Part shown: positions 1 to 13,669 of the stretch, piece by piece
Layout: each line of letters opens with the position of its first letter
How positions within the stretch are numbered: position 1 is the stretch's first letter
From: Chrysomallon squamiferum
Taxonomy: Eukaryota; Animalia; Mollusca
Reading direction: 5' to 3'
DNA: 64,000 bases
Assembly (NCBI GenBank): GCA_012295275.1
Contig: CM022665.1
Span: 18,104,001 to 18,168,000 of the forward strand
Translations under genes and position numbers: made by a program
Notes under the pieces: generated by a model
Seen by the model: the letters and a program-made list of their open reading frames with translations, nothing else
Databases searched by the model: none
What the model was told of the DNA's origin: nothing

Positions 1-220
1 GTAAGTAATTATCTCCCAAAAACTTCTTACTGCTGAACTCCCCCCCTCCGTAAAAGTAACCTTACAATGGCGGCAGCGTATTTTTCTCTTATACGTATTA
101 ATAATTTTAAGACGTGTTTTAAATATTTATTCCTAAGCCCTGTTAATCTTCGTTGTGAATGTCCTGGTGGTTTTGTTTTTGTGTGTTTCTTCTTCTTCTT
201 TTTCTTCTTCTTACTATTAC

Positions 221-277
<57 letters not shown>

Positions 278-710
278 TACTAAATTTAAGATAGCTTAAC
301 TATCTGTCCGACGTTTGACCCACTTGAACTCGAAAGTTAATACTGATATTTAGTTTACAACATTTCACTTTAGAGAGAGCTTTAAGCATTAGCATATTTT
401 AATGTTAATAGTACTATCAGATATCAGCACTTGTTTGGTTGTTTTTTTTTTTTTTTTTTTTTTGTATAATGAGAAGCAGTCTTTTGTTCACTCGTAGAGG
501 AGATAACTATTAATGTATGTAGATAATATTATTGTTATTACATGAGACGTGAAGAAAATCGGAGCACCATAAACTCTTACTAAAGGAACCAGAAACTTTC
601 GTTTCTTCTTCTTCTTCCTATAATTATTTTCAAATAAAGCAGTTTATAAAGTGTTTATAGTTTTAAATTTTCGCCTTTATTAGAAAAATCGGTAACTTTT
701 TTCTACGCAG

Positions 711-718
711 TGACGTCA
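711..718. promoter_or_regulatory. Full palindromic CRE (TGACGTCA) in the CpG-retaining region upstream of the TSP1-Ig gene
   Basis: Exact TGACGTCA at 711-718. Half-sites (TGACG/CGTCA) recur near 1790, 2474, 2722 and 3075. Function untested. Confidence 0.3.
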
Positions 719-1036
719 AAGATCCAATGAATGGATAAAATGGAGTCGTTCTTAAGTTTTGTAATATGATTATTTTATTGTCGTAATTTGTAATTAAATG
801 TCGTGAATATCCACATAGGATGCCTATGTAACAATAACTGTATCTAATTTTCTTTTCTTCTTCTTCTCCTTTTTTTTTTTTTTTTTTTTTTTACACATTA
901 AACAAGTATTGGGAAATTAGGTTTCTAGGTTCTTTATATTATCGTCTCGTTTATCAACTCTCTCTCGTGAATAACTAAGAGGCAGGCCAAGTAAACCAAA
1001 AAGATAACAGATATTTATTTTAAATCAACTTGCACT

Positions 1037-1365
1037 GCTCATATAGCTCAGATTGCTAAAGGTGCAGTGGATTGTGGGACAGACTGCTCGTTGAAACTAC
1101 TGAGCTATTTCCCGTTCCAGCTGTTATTCACTAATTTATGTTTCAAAAGTTGTATATGTACTACCCTACTTGTGGGATGGTGAACCATAACATATTCCGT
1201 ACCGCTACTCGTCAGTAACAGTACATGAAGCTGTATGATTCTATAAACAAAATCTATAAAGAAAAAGCCTAATTCAGTTTTGTATACATTCCCAAATAAT
1301 GGATTTAATTTTGTAGCTTTAACCAGATTCCAACGAGAACTGAATATAGCTTTGAGATCTGACAT
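1037..1365 (+). mobile_element. Degenerate tRNA-derived SINE remnant
   Basis: A-box-like TAGCTCAGATTG, then GCTATTTCCCGTTCCAGC...TGTGGGATGGTG...CTTTAACCAGATTCCAACG, resembling (from memory) the Nin/Deu-core SINEs of gastropods. No complete cloverleaf. Confidence 0.45.
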
Positions 1366-2164
1366 AATTAATTCTATAGTTTATTTACCTTAATTATTTA
1401 TTCCAGCCAACATGACTATTAATTGCGTTCATTCTGTGACAGTGGATTAGAGTTGTCTCCCGTGAATAAGTGGCGATAATTAATGTTACGGTAAACTTAT
1501 TTGTCTATCTGGAAATGACACGAAATCTATTAGGCGTGGTGACTTGTAAACCACGCTTCACTTTGTTTTCTATTAAACTGCGGTGTAATACTAACTGACT
1601 ATTCCATGCATGAAAATTGATTCATTCTACCTTTTCTTAACTCAGGGAAAGAATGTTAGTTCAAGAAGTAATCGGTCACACTATCCACATTACTCCATGG
1701 GGTCATTTTTCGTTCAAAATAGATGTTTCTATATAGCGAAAGAGCCATTAATCAATTCTCCGTGATTTCTTCCATGGTGCATGTGTTAATGACGTGTAGG
1801 CCTACGTGAATCTTTGTTATTAGCGAACTCGAATTTGATCGATCTAAATAAAGTTAATGTCAAATGATTAAATTTGAATTTAAAAAGTTTCGGTATCTTT
1901 TTGACTACTGCCTGATGGGCAGACAAACTTAGACAGGTCGTGGCTTTCTTTGTTTTCGTTTCAACTATGATTTTTCATTTGACTGTATACCAAAAACAAA
2001 ATAAAAATAACAAAAAGGGGCGGGAACAAAGAAAGAAAGAAAGAAAGAACTAATTAAAACGATGAGAATTTAAACAATAACATAAAAGTTTAAAAAATCT
2101 AATAATGACTGAATATCAAATATACGATAATGAAAGATATTTAACAACTATAAATTATGACAAC

Positions 2165-2205
<41 letters not shown>

Positions 2206-2766
2206 CACATGTACACACAAACACACGCACATCTGCGACTGATGCCAATTTTAAGTACTTTGTTAAAACAAAACATATTTTTGAAAAAATAAATTTTAAC
2301 ATTTTCTTGCATATTTTTCAACGTTTCGGATTTCATATTAATTTTTTAACATACGAGCAGGCGTCTTTTTAATAAATCCGAATTGCAAATTGTCTTGTCT
2401 TGTTAACGTCCTTAAATATTACATTAATGTCATGTACTTTTATATAAAGTGTATAATTGTTAACAATAATAGACGTCATACGACGACTAATTATTTCTTG
2501 TTTAAGAATAAATGCATTATTTTATAAACGAAAGAAAGATATTCATTTTGCTCTTTGCTCGATCTTATACAACCAGTTGAGTGTACAATTTTTTATTTTT
2601 TATTACTGTTTTGTTGTTGTCGTTTACTCCCCCCACCCTCATTTAAATGCCATTTCAGTCGTCTGCTAGAGTTATTGCCATCGCCGGAAGTTGATACTTG
2701 TTTCAAACAGGGTCATTTCTACGTCACTGGAAACGGGACAAAATACAAACGCCTAACTTTGATGTT

Positions 2767-2845
2767 ATGATGTTAAGCCTGTTTGTCTTTCTGAAGAAAA
2801 TTATTTTAACTCTATTTATTGTAATTACTATTTTTCCGATTACTT
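2767..2845 (+). CDS. Signal peptide exon (MMLSLFVFLKKIILTLFIVITIFPIT)
   Basis: ATG, basic KK then a hydrophobic stretch, ending in phase 1 at a perfect GTAAGT donor that fits the phase-1 TSP1 exon. Confidence 0.7.
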
Positions 2846-2998
2846 GTAAGTACAAATAATTCAGTCTCTCTTGTAGTAATATATAGAAGCGGTTATATAA
2901 AAACTAAAACCGAACACAAAAAGAACATCTAAGTAATCATAATAGTCACACTGCTGAAGTAATCGTAATCATTATTACTATTCTCATTTACTTTTATA

Positions 2999-3033
<35 letters not shown>

Positions 3034-3770
3034 TTAATGTGAATTATACAGATAACTCGTAACGGTACAAATTACGTCACCGGAAAAAATGACTCCATAA
3101 TGTTGCAATTTAATGGGTGCAAACTACACCTAAATGTTCATTTCTTTTGAGTTCTGACACGGCGAATATTGCCAGCTAGAAAAGTTAATAAATTAATCTT
3201 ATACCGAATTATAATTTTAGTTTATTAAGCACGTATTTGCACAAAAAATAATCCAGTTTGAAAAGTTTGATTAAGTTGAAAAAGTAGTTACGAAAGGCGC
3301 CTAACATCATGGTTTGGTAATATGAACAACCATCATTATCTTTTTCAGTGTAAATCATAAAACGTTCAGAAAATAGACGTAAAATAATTGAATTTGGAAG
3401 TTTAAAAACTCCCGTGAGTTCACAGAAACTTCCGATCGAAATCCAGCGTCGAATGCCGATCAGTGTTTACAAACTTTTATTCCTTCATAATGCTATCAGT
3501 TCTACATGGATTATTAAAAGTAATTTGGGGGCTGTGTCATTTAATCAATGCCTCGTATACATAGATGTCTGTAACTGAGTAGAAATTACTACAAAGGTCG
3601 AAACATTTTTTTTCTTTCTTTTTTGGTAACGATAACGATCCGGCAGTTTCTTCTGCTATTTTTGTAAAATATCGATGACCGGTTTTCATTGTCTTCTAAA
3701 AAGCCGAAATTTTTATTGTTACAATATGAACGACCGTTGTGTGAATATTCGGCGAAGGAAAAAATAAATA

Positions 3771-3809
<39 letters not shown>

Positions 3810-4051
3810 TGTTATTATAATACAGTAACTCAGATGTTTTAAAAGAAATTTATAATAATTTTCTTCTTTTATTATTATTTTTTTAACGCACGAAAAAATA
3901 TAGTGAGTCTTTTTATAGCAACAAGCTTTGTCCTGTATCATCATTTTGGATATTTATTTATTTAATGTTTTATTAAAGATATATATATCATATTTTAAGA
4001 TACTTAGGGTTTACTACAGGACTGTGTTCGGACTGTACAAGCCGATGATAA

Positions 4052-4133
<82 letters not shown>

Positions 4134-7100
4134 AATAAATAAATAAAATAAATAAATAAATAAATAAAGAATTAAAAAAGTGTGAAAGGTGATTTTACCC
4201 TGAGCGTAATTTTTTTTTTTTTTTTATTTTTGAAAATGTATGTTTTTCATGTATATTATTTACAGGTTAATTCTGTTAAAATATTTTAATTTGTAGCGTT
4301 TGGGTTTTGGAATTCCTGGCAGGAACTGAAAAAAGACGGGTGCAGCGTTGAATGCGGCTGGGGAGAAAATAATGTGACGTACTTTCGGGTATGCGAAAAT
4401 GGTAATTGTAATGGACTTCCAGTCAAAGTAGCGTTAGAAGACTGTTTTCAAAAATGCAGTATGTTATTAATTTAAACAGTTATTTTTATTTATTTATTTA
4501 TTTTTTAAATTTTGTTATCAAAAGAAATTTTTGTACTTATGAAGATATACAAAAGATTTTTCATTAAAAACATTTTTGACCCCCCCCCCTAATTTTTCAT
4601 GCAGTTTTGTATAATTATGAGCATATATGATATGCCTGGATTTATTTTAAATTATAATTTCAAGATTGGTAGTATTTTAAACTGAACTTTTTTAGAATAC
4701 ATAATTAAAAATATAACTAATAAAAACCAATATGAGAGTGAATTTATAAATTTCTACAAATGTTTAAAAAGCTTTCAGGTGTAAATTCTGCTTTCTAGGA
4801 ACATAGAAAGTATAATTTATACAAGTACAGATTTTTCTTAGATTAATTAAAATTGAACCACATGTTAATCTATTACTGGGTGATTGTAAATGTTAAAATA
4901 TATATTTACTGCACTTACGTAAAAGTCATTCCATGTAAATTCATCCAAAGGATTTAACCCCTCAGTTCCTGATATTGATAAACACTGATTTATAGGTTTG
5001 TTTAGTTCTCAAAGTTAACTTTTGGAAATATGTCCCTTCACAGTTTGACAACAGAAACTGATATCTCTGAAACCACTGTGCTAATCTTCAAGAAGTAACT
5101 GGAAAGGAAATTCCCCCAAAAACCTAATTCAGAAATGATGTTGCTTGTATGCTTGACCATGTTGCAGCTCCTAGTTTTCCATTTTATTGACTGATTTGAT
5201 ATACAAAGTCCCTTAGAGGGAATTTATATTTATATTTTATTTTTATAGAGGCTGGATTGTGGGCACCATGGATAGCTTATAAGGCTGACAGTTGTAATGT
5301 TTCTACCTGTACAATTGGAGCTGAAAGAGCATATTTTAAACGTAATTGTCCAATACCAAGTTGTGTAGGTCCTACAACAAAAAATGAGACAAGGAAATGC
5401 ATAGGAAAATGTTTTGCAGGTATCTTTGTTTTCATTTCTATTACAGTTACTGGGTAAAACTTCATAAGGTTGTTTTTACAGTAATGAATTTTCATTTTAT
5501 ACAGCATACTTATGATATACCTTTCCTATTAGCTGTGTTGGCCAAATAAAAAAGAAGTACCTGTTTAATGTTCCCACTCAACATGAGAAATGCTTCCAAT
5601 TTCCTAGAAAATAGTTTTTATCTTTTATTTATCTTTTATTCATCCTTGAAATAAAGAGGAAACACTCTCAAAACAAAATTTTTCAGCCTGTTGCAACAAT
5701 TCTCCAATCAACATTTATTTGAACAAATATTTCATGTGCATTTTCTAGCTTGAAAGTTTCTGTGGTCCTCTATAACTTCCTACCAGGCTTTCTGACAATG
5801 AATACTTCCTTTTTAACTGAAATGGATTCTAAATATATATATATTTTTTTGCTCTATTTTTCCACAAAATTTAAATCTAAAACACACTGACATTAAAAGA
5901 CTAGTAATTAAGGTAGGACTTATTTTTCTGAGATTGTTATAAGGAAATCAAATTGCAAGGGAAATACGTTTTTAGGAAATGTTTCCGAGTCTCTAATGTA
6001 TTCATTTTCCACTAATATCTGACTACAACAAGCAGTTCTTTACTGTTTGGATACACTCAATGGCTGAGTTATTGCTTAATCCTTTCCTTGCAATAAGCAG
6101 ATATATCCAATCAGAATTTTATTACTGTTAACTGTGGAAAACAGATTTACTCCCATGACATTATTCTAACTATCATTATTCTGAGAGAAGCAGATGCACA
6201 CCCAGAAACTCTACAAACGTTGCATCAGCCTGTTATATGCAGCCATCTGTGTGGTGGAAGTGCAACAACTATCAGTGTTGATGATTTTGCCAGTGATTTA
6301 ATTAAGGAGTGAAAGGATTAATGGGATGAAATGGGCCCTTGTTAAATAATGTCTTCTTGGGTTTAATCACCAGACACATATAACAATCTTTAGAAAATGT
6401 GTTACAGTAGGAAGTTCAGTGAATCCATCGTAATGTCACTGAAAAGCATTAAACTGGCTCATCTGAGCTTTATATTAAATACATCATCAGAGACTGGGTG
6501 GGCCAGGAAATGGCACTAAGGGTATGTTGAAAAATAACAGAACCAGAATTTTTATACATATTGGAAAGAATAATAATAAAAAAAAATTCTGGAATTTGTT
6601 TTCAAATTGAAAACACCATTTCTGTTAGTGTACAGATTTACATAATGCAACATTTCAACAATTTATAAAGTACTTACATTCAAAAACAAATGTCTAAACT
6701 GATGCTTTGGTATTGGTATAGACTGAATAAAAAGTTCTTTTAGAATTTTTAACTAATTTAATAATGATTAAGACTACAATATTCCTGTATATTAATTAAT
6801 TTATTATTTTATTTTTTCAGCCAAGAAAGAAAATGTCACAGGTCAGAATTATTTATTTATTTACTTTTTTGCTTATTTATTTATTTAATTTGATTTTAAG
6901 ACAGAGAAATAACAATAAAAACTTTGAGAAGAGCTAATAATACATTACTTGTTACTTCTTTTACCTAAATATCATAATTATTTTACATCAGTGATTAATT
7001 AATTAATTATAAAAAGATATTTCTTTTTATATACAGATGCAACACTATCTTGAACAATAGATCCAGGATTCTAGATTATGTATACAATCAATATTCAAAA

Positions 7101-9518
7101 TATAATTTTCTTCCTTATTATTGCCAGCATAGCATCTGTCAGTTTTTAAGAAAATCATTACATTTTAGTAAAAATTAGATAATTATTCAAACTTATTATT
7201 AAACAAAGTGTAGATATATATATACATAAACATTCATACATACATATATACATACGTACATACATACATAAGTACATATATAAATACATACAGACATACA
7301 GAAATACATATAGGTATGTACATACATACAAGTGTATGTATACAACAGACATAAATAAATACCTGGAGGTAAAGAATCATTTATCCAACTTCCAGACATC
7401 TGGAAGGTTTGACAATGAATACCAAATTGAAGAAAAGAAGATGAAAACAACCTCCCTTTTTAACTGAATATATTTAAATGTTTGGATGTTAAACAAGATA
7501 TTTTTTTCTTTGCCTTATGTTTCCATGAATATAAATCTAAAACATACTGACATTAAAAGACTAATAATTGAAATAGTTGTGTACCTTAGGGTTCTTATAA
7601 GGAAATGAAATTGCAAGGGAAATGTGTTTTTAGGAACTGTTTTAGAGTCTCTAATGTATTAATTTTAACCATTTCCTTGTGTTAACTTCAGAAAGTGGAT
7701 TTACCCCATTGCCTTGAAAAAAAAACGTTTCTTGTTATGTCATGAGAAGTGGACACACCTCTAGAAACTCCAAAAATCCTAGTTTTTTTTATTTTGCCTG
7801 GAGCTGATTTTAATTTCACAGTGAAAATGTTAATGGGAATAATTTTTTTAACACATATTGAAAAGAAAAGAAAATACATTCTGGAATCCTTTTTACAAAC
7901 TAAAAACACCATTTCTGTTAGAATACAGATTTAGAGTACACAACACACTGTTTCTCATTATACATGTAGTTTCAACAATTTAAAAAGTACTTACATTCAA
8001 AAACAAATGTGTGAACTGACGGTTTGGTACAGGAGTAGATTAACAGATTGGATAAAATGTTCTGTTAGAAATATTTTGAATTAATTTAATACTGATTAAG
8101 AAAACATATACGCACTCAATACCTTCATGTATATTTTATTATTTTATTACCGTTTTATTTTTTCAGAAGAGGTTGAAAATCGCACAGGTCAGAATTATTT
8201 ATTCATTCATACATTTTTATTTATCTCTATAATTCACTTTATGCTGTGACAAATGGACACACAGCAGACATTCTGTCAGTCCAGTATGTGGTGCCAACTG
8301 TGGGGCAGCAGTTGATTTTGCCAGGAGCTATTTTTAATTACTCTGTGAAAGGGTTAACGGGATTATAATGGGTCTTTGTTAAATGATATCTTCTTGGGGT
8401 ATTTTAACATAGTAACAAACTCAGACAGGAATAGTACTCACTCACTCACATTGTACAGTAGCATGCTTTTCACATGCTTTAATTTAATTTAATTTAATTT
8501 TTATCTGAGACTGACTGACTGACTAACTGAATATTGCTGGAGACTGTTTAATTCATTAGAAGTTAGAGATAACTGAAATGTAACATTGGTGATGTCTGCA
8601 ATGCTGGTAGTCACACATAATTCCATATGGGTGAAAAGAAAAATGTATATATTTACCCTTACACTGCAGCATGGCATCAAACCTCAATACCCGTTTGGCT
8701 ACATTATTTTTTATATGTATCTCCTATTAAGAGTAGGACACATATCACAATGTTTAAAAAATGTTGTGTTAGGAACGTCAGTGAATCCATCATAATATCA
8801 CAGAATACCAAAAAGATTACAGACACACACACACAAACACACACACACTACATTCATGTATATTTACTTGTTTTATTATTTTATTTTTTCAGCTGATATC
8901 CAAAATGAAACAGGTCAGAATTATTTATTTATTTACTTTTTTTGCTTATTTATTTATTTGCTTATTTATTTATTTAATTTGATTTTCTTTTACTTTCTTA
9001 ACACAGAGAAATAACAATAAAAACTTTGAGAAAAGTTAAATACATTACTTGTTACTTCTTTTACCTAAATATCATTATTATTTTACATCAATGATTAACT
9101 AATTAATTATAAAAAGGTATGTCTTTTTATATACAGATGAAACACTATCTTGAACAATAGATCTAGGATTCAAGATTATATATACAAATAGATATTCAAA
9201 ATATATATCTTTTCTTTATTGTTGCCAGCATAGCATCTGTCATAGTTTTTAAGATCATTATATCTCAGGAAAAAATAAATACTCAGACTTTTTATTAACC
9301 AGTAATTCATTGGTATATAGATACATAAACATACATCCAAGCATGCTTACGTTCATATATATATATATATATACTTAAATGCATGCATACATAAATACAT
9401 ACATACATATACAGATATAATATTTACATATGTATGAATGTATGTATGCGTATGTGTATGTGTGTGTGTATATGATACATACACATACATACACATACAC
9501 ACACATATATACCTGTAT

Positions 9519-9549
<31 letters not shown>

Positions 9550-10329
9550 CATGCATATATACATGTATTTTCAGGTATGAGTACACACACTACTGTCACT
9601 TTTCAGATAATTATTAACTTTAATTATTATTGATAACCAGTTTGCACATTTTTATTTCTTATTTTTTTATTTTCAGAGTTTCTAAACAGAGTAGAATTTA
9701 CTCTGCCTGGTGGAACGAAACCAAAAAAGATTAATATTTCAGAAGCAGTTTTGTTTGACTTTGAATGTCTTGTGCATGGAGTGTCAGCCATCGCAGAGAT
9801 TACTTGGTACAGAGAAACAACAGATGGTGACATCAGACATCTGCCAGGAACTGTTAAAAACACAACTCAGTATGACAGAACAGAGATGCAGTTATTTGAG
9901 TACATGCCATACAGAAAACACAATAATAACAGTTTTTTTTGTAGTGCCATCATCCCTGATTTGCTTATTGTTGTGTCAAGCAATAAAATAAAAATAGAAA
10001 TAAAGTGTGAGTGTCTGACATTTTCTTTCAATATTAACAAAAATAAGTTAAAGAATGTTGTTTTTTTTTTTTTAATTTTTTTTTTTTGTCTATTTTTTTT
10101 TTTTTTTTTTTTGCTGCTTTCTTTGTAATATTAGCTTATAGTTTTTCAAGAAGTGTTAATAAAAATGAAACGTGATTATGTGTAATACTTGGTTTTGGTT
10201 TATATGAGTGCATATGGGTGTACTTGTAAGAAAAAATGTTTGATATTGTGGAAAAGCTTATTGAGATCTTTAAAAATATATAAAAATTAAAAAGTAATTT
10301 TCAGTACACAGCTGATGTATTCAGAAGAA

Positions 10330-10369
<40 letters not shown>

Positions 10370-13300
10370 GTAATAATAATGATGCTGATAATAATAACAA
10401 TGAATATAATAATAATGAATAATAATACTAACAACAGGAATAAAATTGAATAATAATTCTTTTTTAATTAAATCGATAAAATGACATATTGTTCTGTTAT
10501 TAGTAAAAACAATTCCATTTTAGAAAAAGAATGAACGACACAAATTTTCTATAATTTCAGATAATGTCGAAGACGATGAATCTGCTAATGGAGGTGAATA
10601 ATGATTATTATTATTTATTTATTTATTTATTTATTTGTTCTTTCTCTTTATTTTTTTTATTATTACTTTTTTATTTTATTTTATATTTTTTAAATTTTAT
10701 TTTATTCATTTATTTATTATAGCACTAAATACTTATTTATTGTAGCAACTAATATTATCAGTACTTGCTATTTCTGTTACTTGAATAATACCATCTTTTC
10801 TTTTCTTCATGATATTACCGTGACAGAGGTAAACCAAAATAATTAAAAAAAGAAAATGTTCAGAATAGAGTGTTTCTAGATTTTAAGAGATCATTTCAGT
10901 TATCAAAGCTATATAAAAGAGGGGTTAGTAATATTATAATAATAATAATAATAATAATAATAATGCATTCTAAAAGCTTTATATAAAATGGGGGTTAGTA
11001 TATTAATAATAATAACAATAACAATATTAATGTATTCTAAAAGATATATAAAATAATGGTTTGGTAAAATAATAATAATAGAACAATAATAATGTGTTCT
11101 ACAAGCTGTATAAAATAAGTGGTTAATAATAAAACTAATAATAATAATGTATTCCAAAAGCTATATAAAACAGCAATTGCTAAAATAATAATAAAATAAT
11201 AATAATAATAATAATGATGATGATGATGATGATGATAATGTATTCCAAATAATGTATATAAAACAGTAAAATACAGCTGGTTTCGAAACATTTTCAGTTT
11301 CTAGAGAGTACAGGTTACAGAGGTTTCACTGTTTCACATATGTTGCTCATTCTGACTTTTAAAAATATTTAATCATTCTATTTCTTTTTATATTTCCAGA
11401 ATTGATTTTTCTCAAGCTGCCAGTAAAATATGCTGAGTTATCTAAACATTTCATTTTTTTGTGCCGCATTTATATTTTCCCCTCTGAAAATACATACATA
11501 AATTTCCACAATGATCTGCAAGAGACAGTCTGCAAGATCAACTCTGTCACTGGTGCTGTAAATCAAGAGGGTAACTATGTTTGTTCTGGGGTGAAATTAG
11601 AGGGAGAACTGCCCCGTGTATACAGAATAGAAATAAAAGAAATTGACATGAGAAATGAAGCTAACTGGACCTGCAATTACAATTCATCGCTAACCAGTCA
11701 CCGTGTGAAACTCATTGTGCATGGTGAGTAGGTAATTAATTAAACAAAGCAATCATTTTAGTTTAAACGATTATAAGATAATGTTAAATATCACTGGTTT
11801 GGCCATCGCAACAACCAACCAAGGTAGGTGTACTTGCAGTAAATGTTGTGACATCATTCCAATACATTTAATATAATCTTTTATTATTATTTATTTATTT
11901 CATTTTTTTTTTTTAAATAATTTAATAAATGTGTCATAGAGTTAGAAATAGAAAAAATAGGTTTGGGGAAATTATTTGGTATATTATAATATAGTTATAA
12001 AATAGAGAAATAATAGCCAATGCTTCCTATTCTGTAAAGGTCATATTCTATAAAGTTTTAAAGTAATTAATTGGGAGTAAGTGCTAGCAAGATAGGTTAA
12101 GATAACTGCCTCCTATTGGGAGCTTTTGTCAGCACTGGGAATTGTTTGTCATGTGGCATGACCATGTATGGCAACTACTGCCTGGAATTTAAGAGGGGAC
12201 ATTACAGAACCTTAAACAATTGCTAGTGAATGGTTTTTGTATTGGTTATTGGTTATTGTAGAATTTTTATTGTGATTTTGTTTTATGAACCTGGTCAGTT
12301 TGTCCTCCTTGGAGACGCCAGAGTTACCATGTTGTAAATGTTAACACTGCTCTATCAGGAATTAAACTAATACTAAAACTCTTCAATTGGAAACCCCATC
12401 TTGTTATTCCTTAAATAGTGATATATATTGTGTATATATATTATATCAACCTATAGTGTAATGTAATGTAGTGTAGTATAATGTAATGTAGTGTAGTGGA
12501 ATGTACTATAGTGTAGTTAATGTAGTGTAGTGTTGTGCAATGTTGTGTAATAGTGTAGTGTAGAATGTTTAATGTAGTGTAGTGTACTCTAATGTGTAAT
12601 GTAGTATAGTGTAATGTGTAGTGTAGTGTAGTATAATGTAATGTAATGTAGTGTAGTGTAATGTAGTGTAGTGTAGTGGAATGTACTGTAGTGTAAAGTA
12701 GTGTAGTATAGCCTGTTATAGTTTAATGTAATATAATATAGTGTAATGTAATGCAGAGTAGTGTAATGTAGTGTAGTGTAGTACAGTGTAGTGTAGTGTA
12801 GTGTAATAAATGTGGCATAGCATAGTAAAGCAAAGCAACCATAGTATAGCATTGTATGGTATGCTGTATGGTACAGTATCAGATGGTATGGTACTATAGT
12901 ACAGTATAGTTCTTAAGAATATACTTGATATATAATTTATAAATTGTTTATAGGATTTATACTGATCATTATAATCTATGATCTATGTTTTTTATAAGGC
13001 TACTCACTGTCTGTTGATCAAATCCAGCACTATTAAAAAAAATCACAAAAATCACAAAAATAAAATAAATATGTTTTGGGAAAACAAATTTTGTTCATCA
13101 CAGTAATATGTTGGCTATGTTTTGGCTGTATTTTTTCAGAACCTATTAACAAGGTAGAACTTGAAATAAAAGGAAAGAAGCCCGGAAGAGTTGTTATAAT
13201 AGGAAGAAGTAACATTTTTTTCACATGCACTGTACACAGAGTGAGAATGGTTCCAGTTTTCAGATGGTACTTAGAAGCAGCAACAGGAAACTTGATACTT

Positions 13301-13628
13301 AGTGGAAGACCTGTAAATGAGACATATTTTAATAAAACAGCATCACAGATGTTTCTGTACAAGCCTTATAACCGGCACAGTGAGCATTACATTTTCTGTA
13401 CAGCCCGGCATAAACTGATGGACCTAGATTCTGCAGTTCAGAGCAATAAAATACATCTTCACTGTGAGTATGGACACATCTGAAATGTTTGCATATAAAT
13501 TTATTACCATTAAATTTTGTTGACAACAGAAATGCTTTATAATTTTTTTTGCTTTTCCACCAATAGCTTGTTATGTTTATTAGTGGTAACTTGATTATAG
13601 CTAGCCTGAAGTGCTAAGTAGATTCATA

Positions 13629-13669
<41 letters not shown>

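Noticed and set aside
67-294. ORF with a strong-looking start (ACAATGGCGGC)
   Set aside because: Runs into (TTC)n/(TTA)n microsatellite with no convincing coding content. The GTAAGT at position 1 may be a donor of an upstream exon but cannot be assessed.
1037-1108. Possible tRNA gene
   Set aside because: Only an A-box-like motif and a partial acceptor stem, with no proper anticodon or T arm. It continues into SINE-like core sequence.
5106-5115. NF-kB-like site GGAAATTCCC in the receptor gene intron
   Set aside because: A single 10-mer near a probable transposon remnant; a chance match cannot be excluded.
9571-9580. AG|GT recursive splice site (TTTTCAG|GTATGA)
   Set aside because: The intron is under 1 kb and such motifs arise easily in AT-rich DNA; there is no supporting evidence.
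7158-9633. Short ORFs rich in Y/V/C/M/H/T
   Set aside because: Translations of (CATA)n, (CA)n and (TA)n microsatellites.
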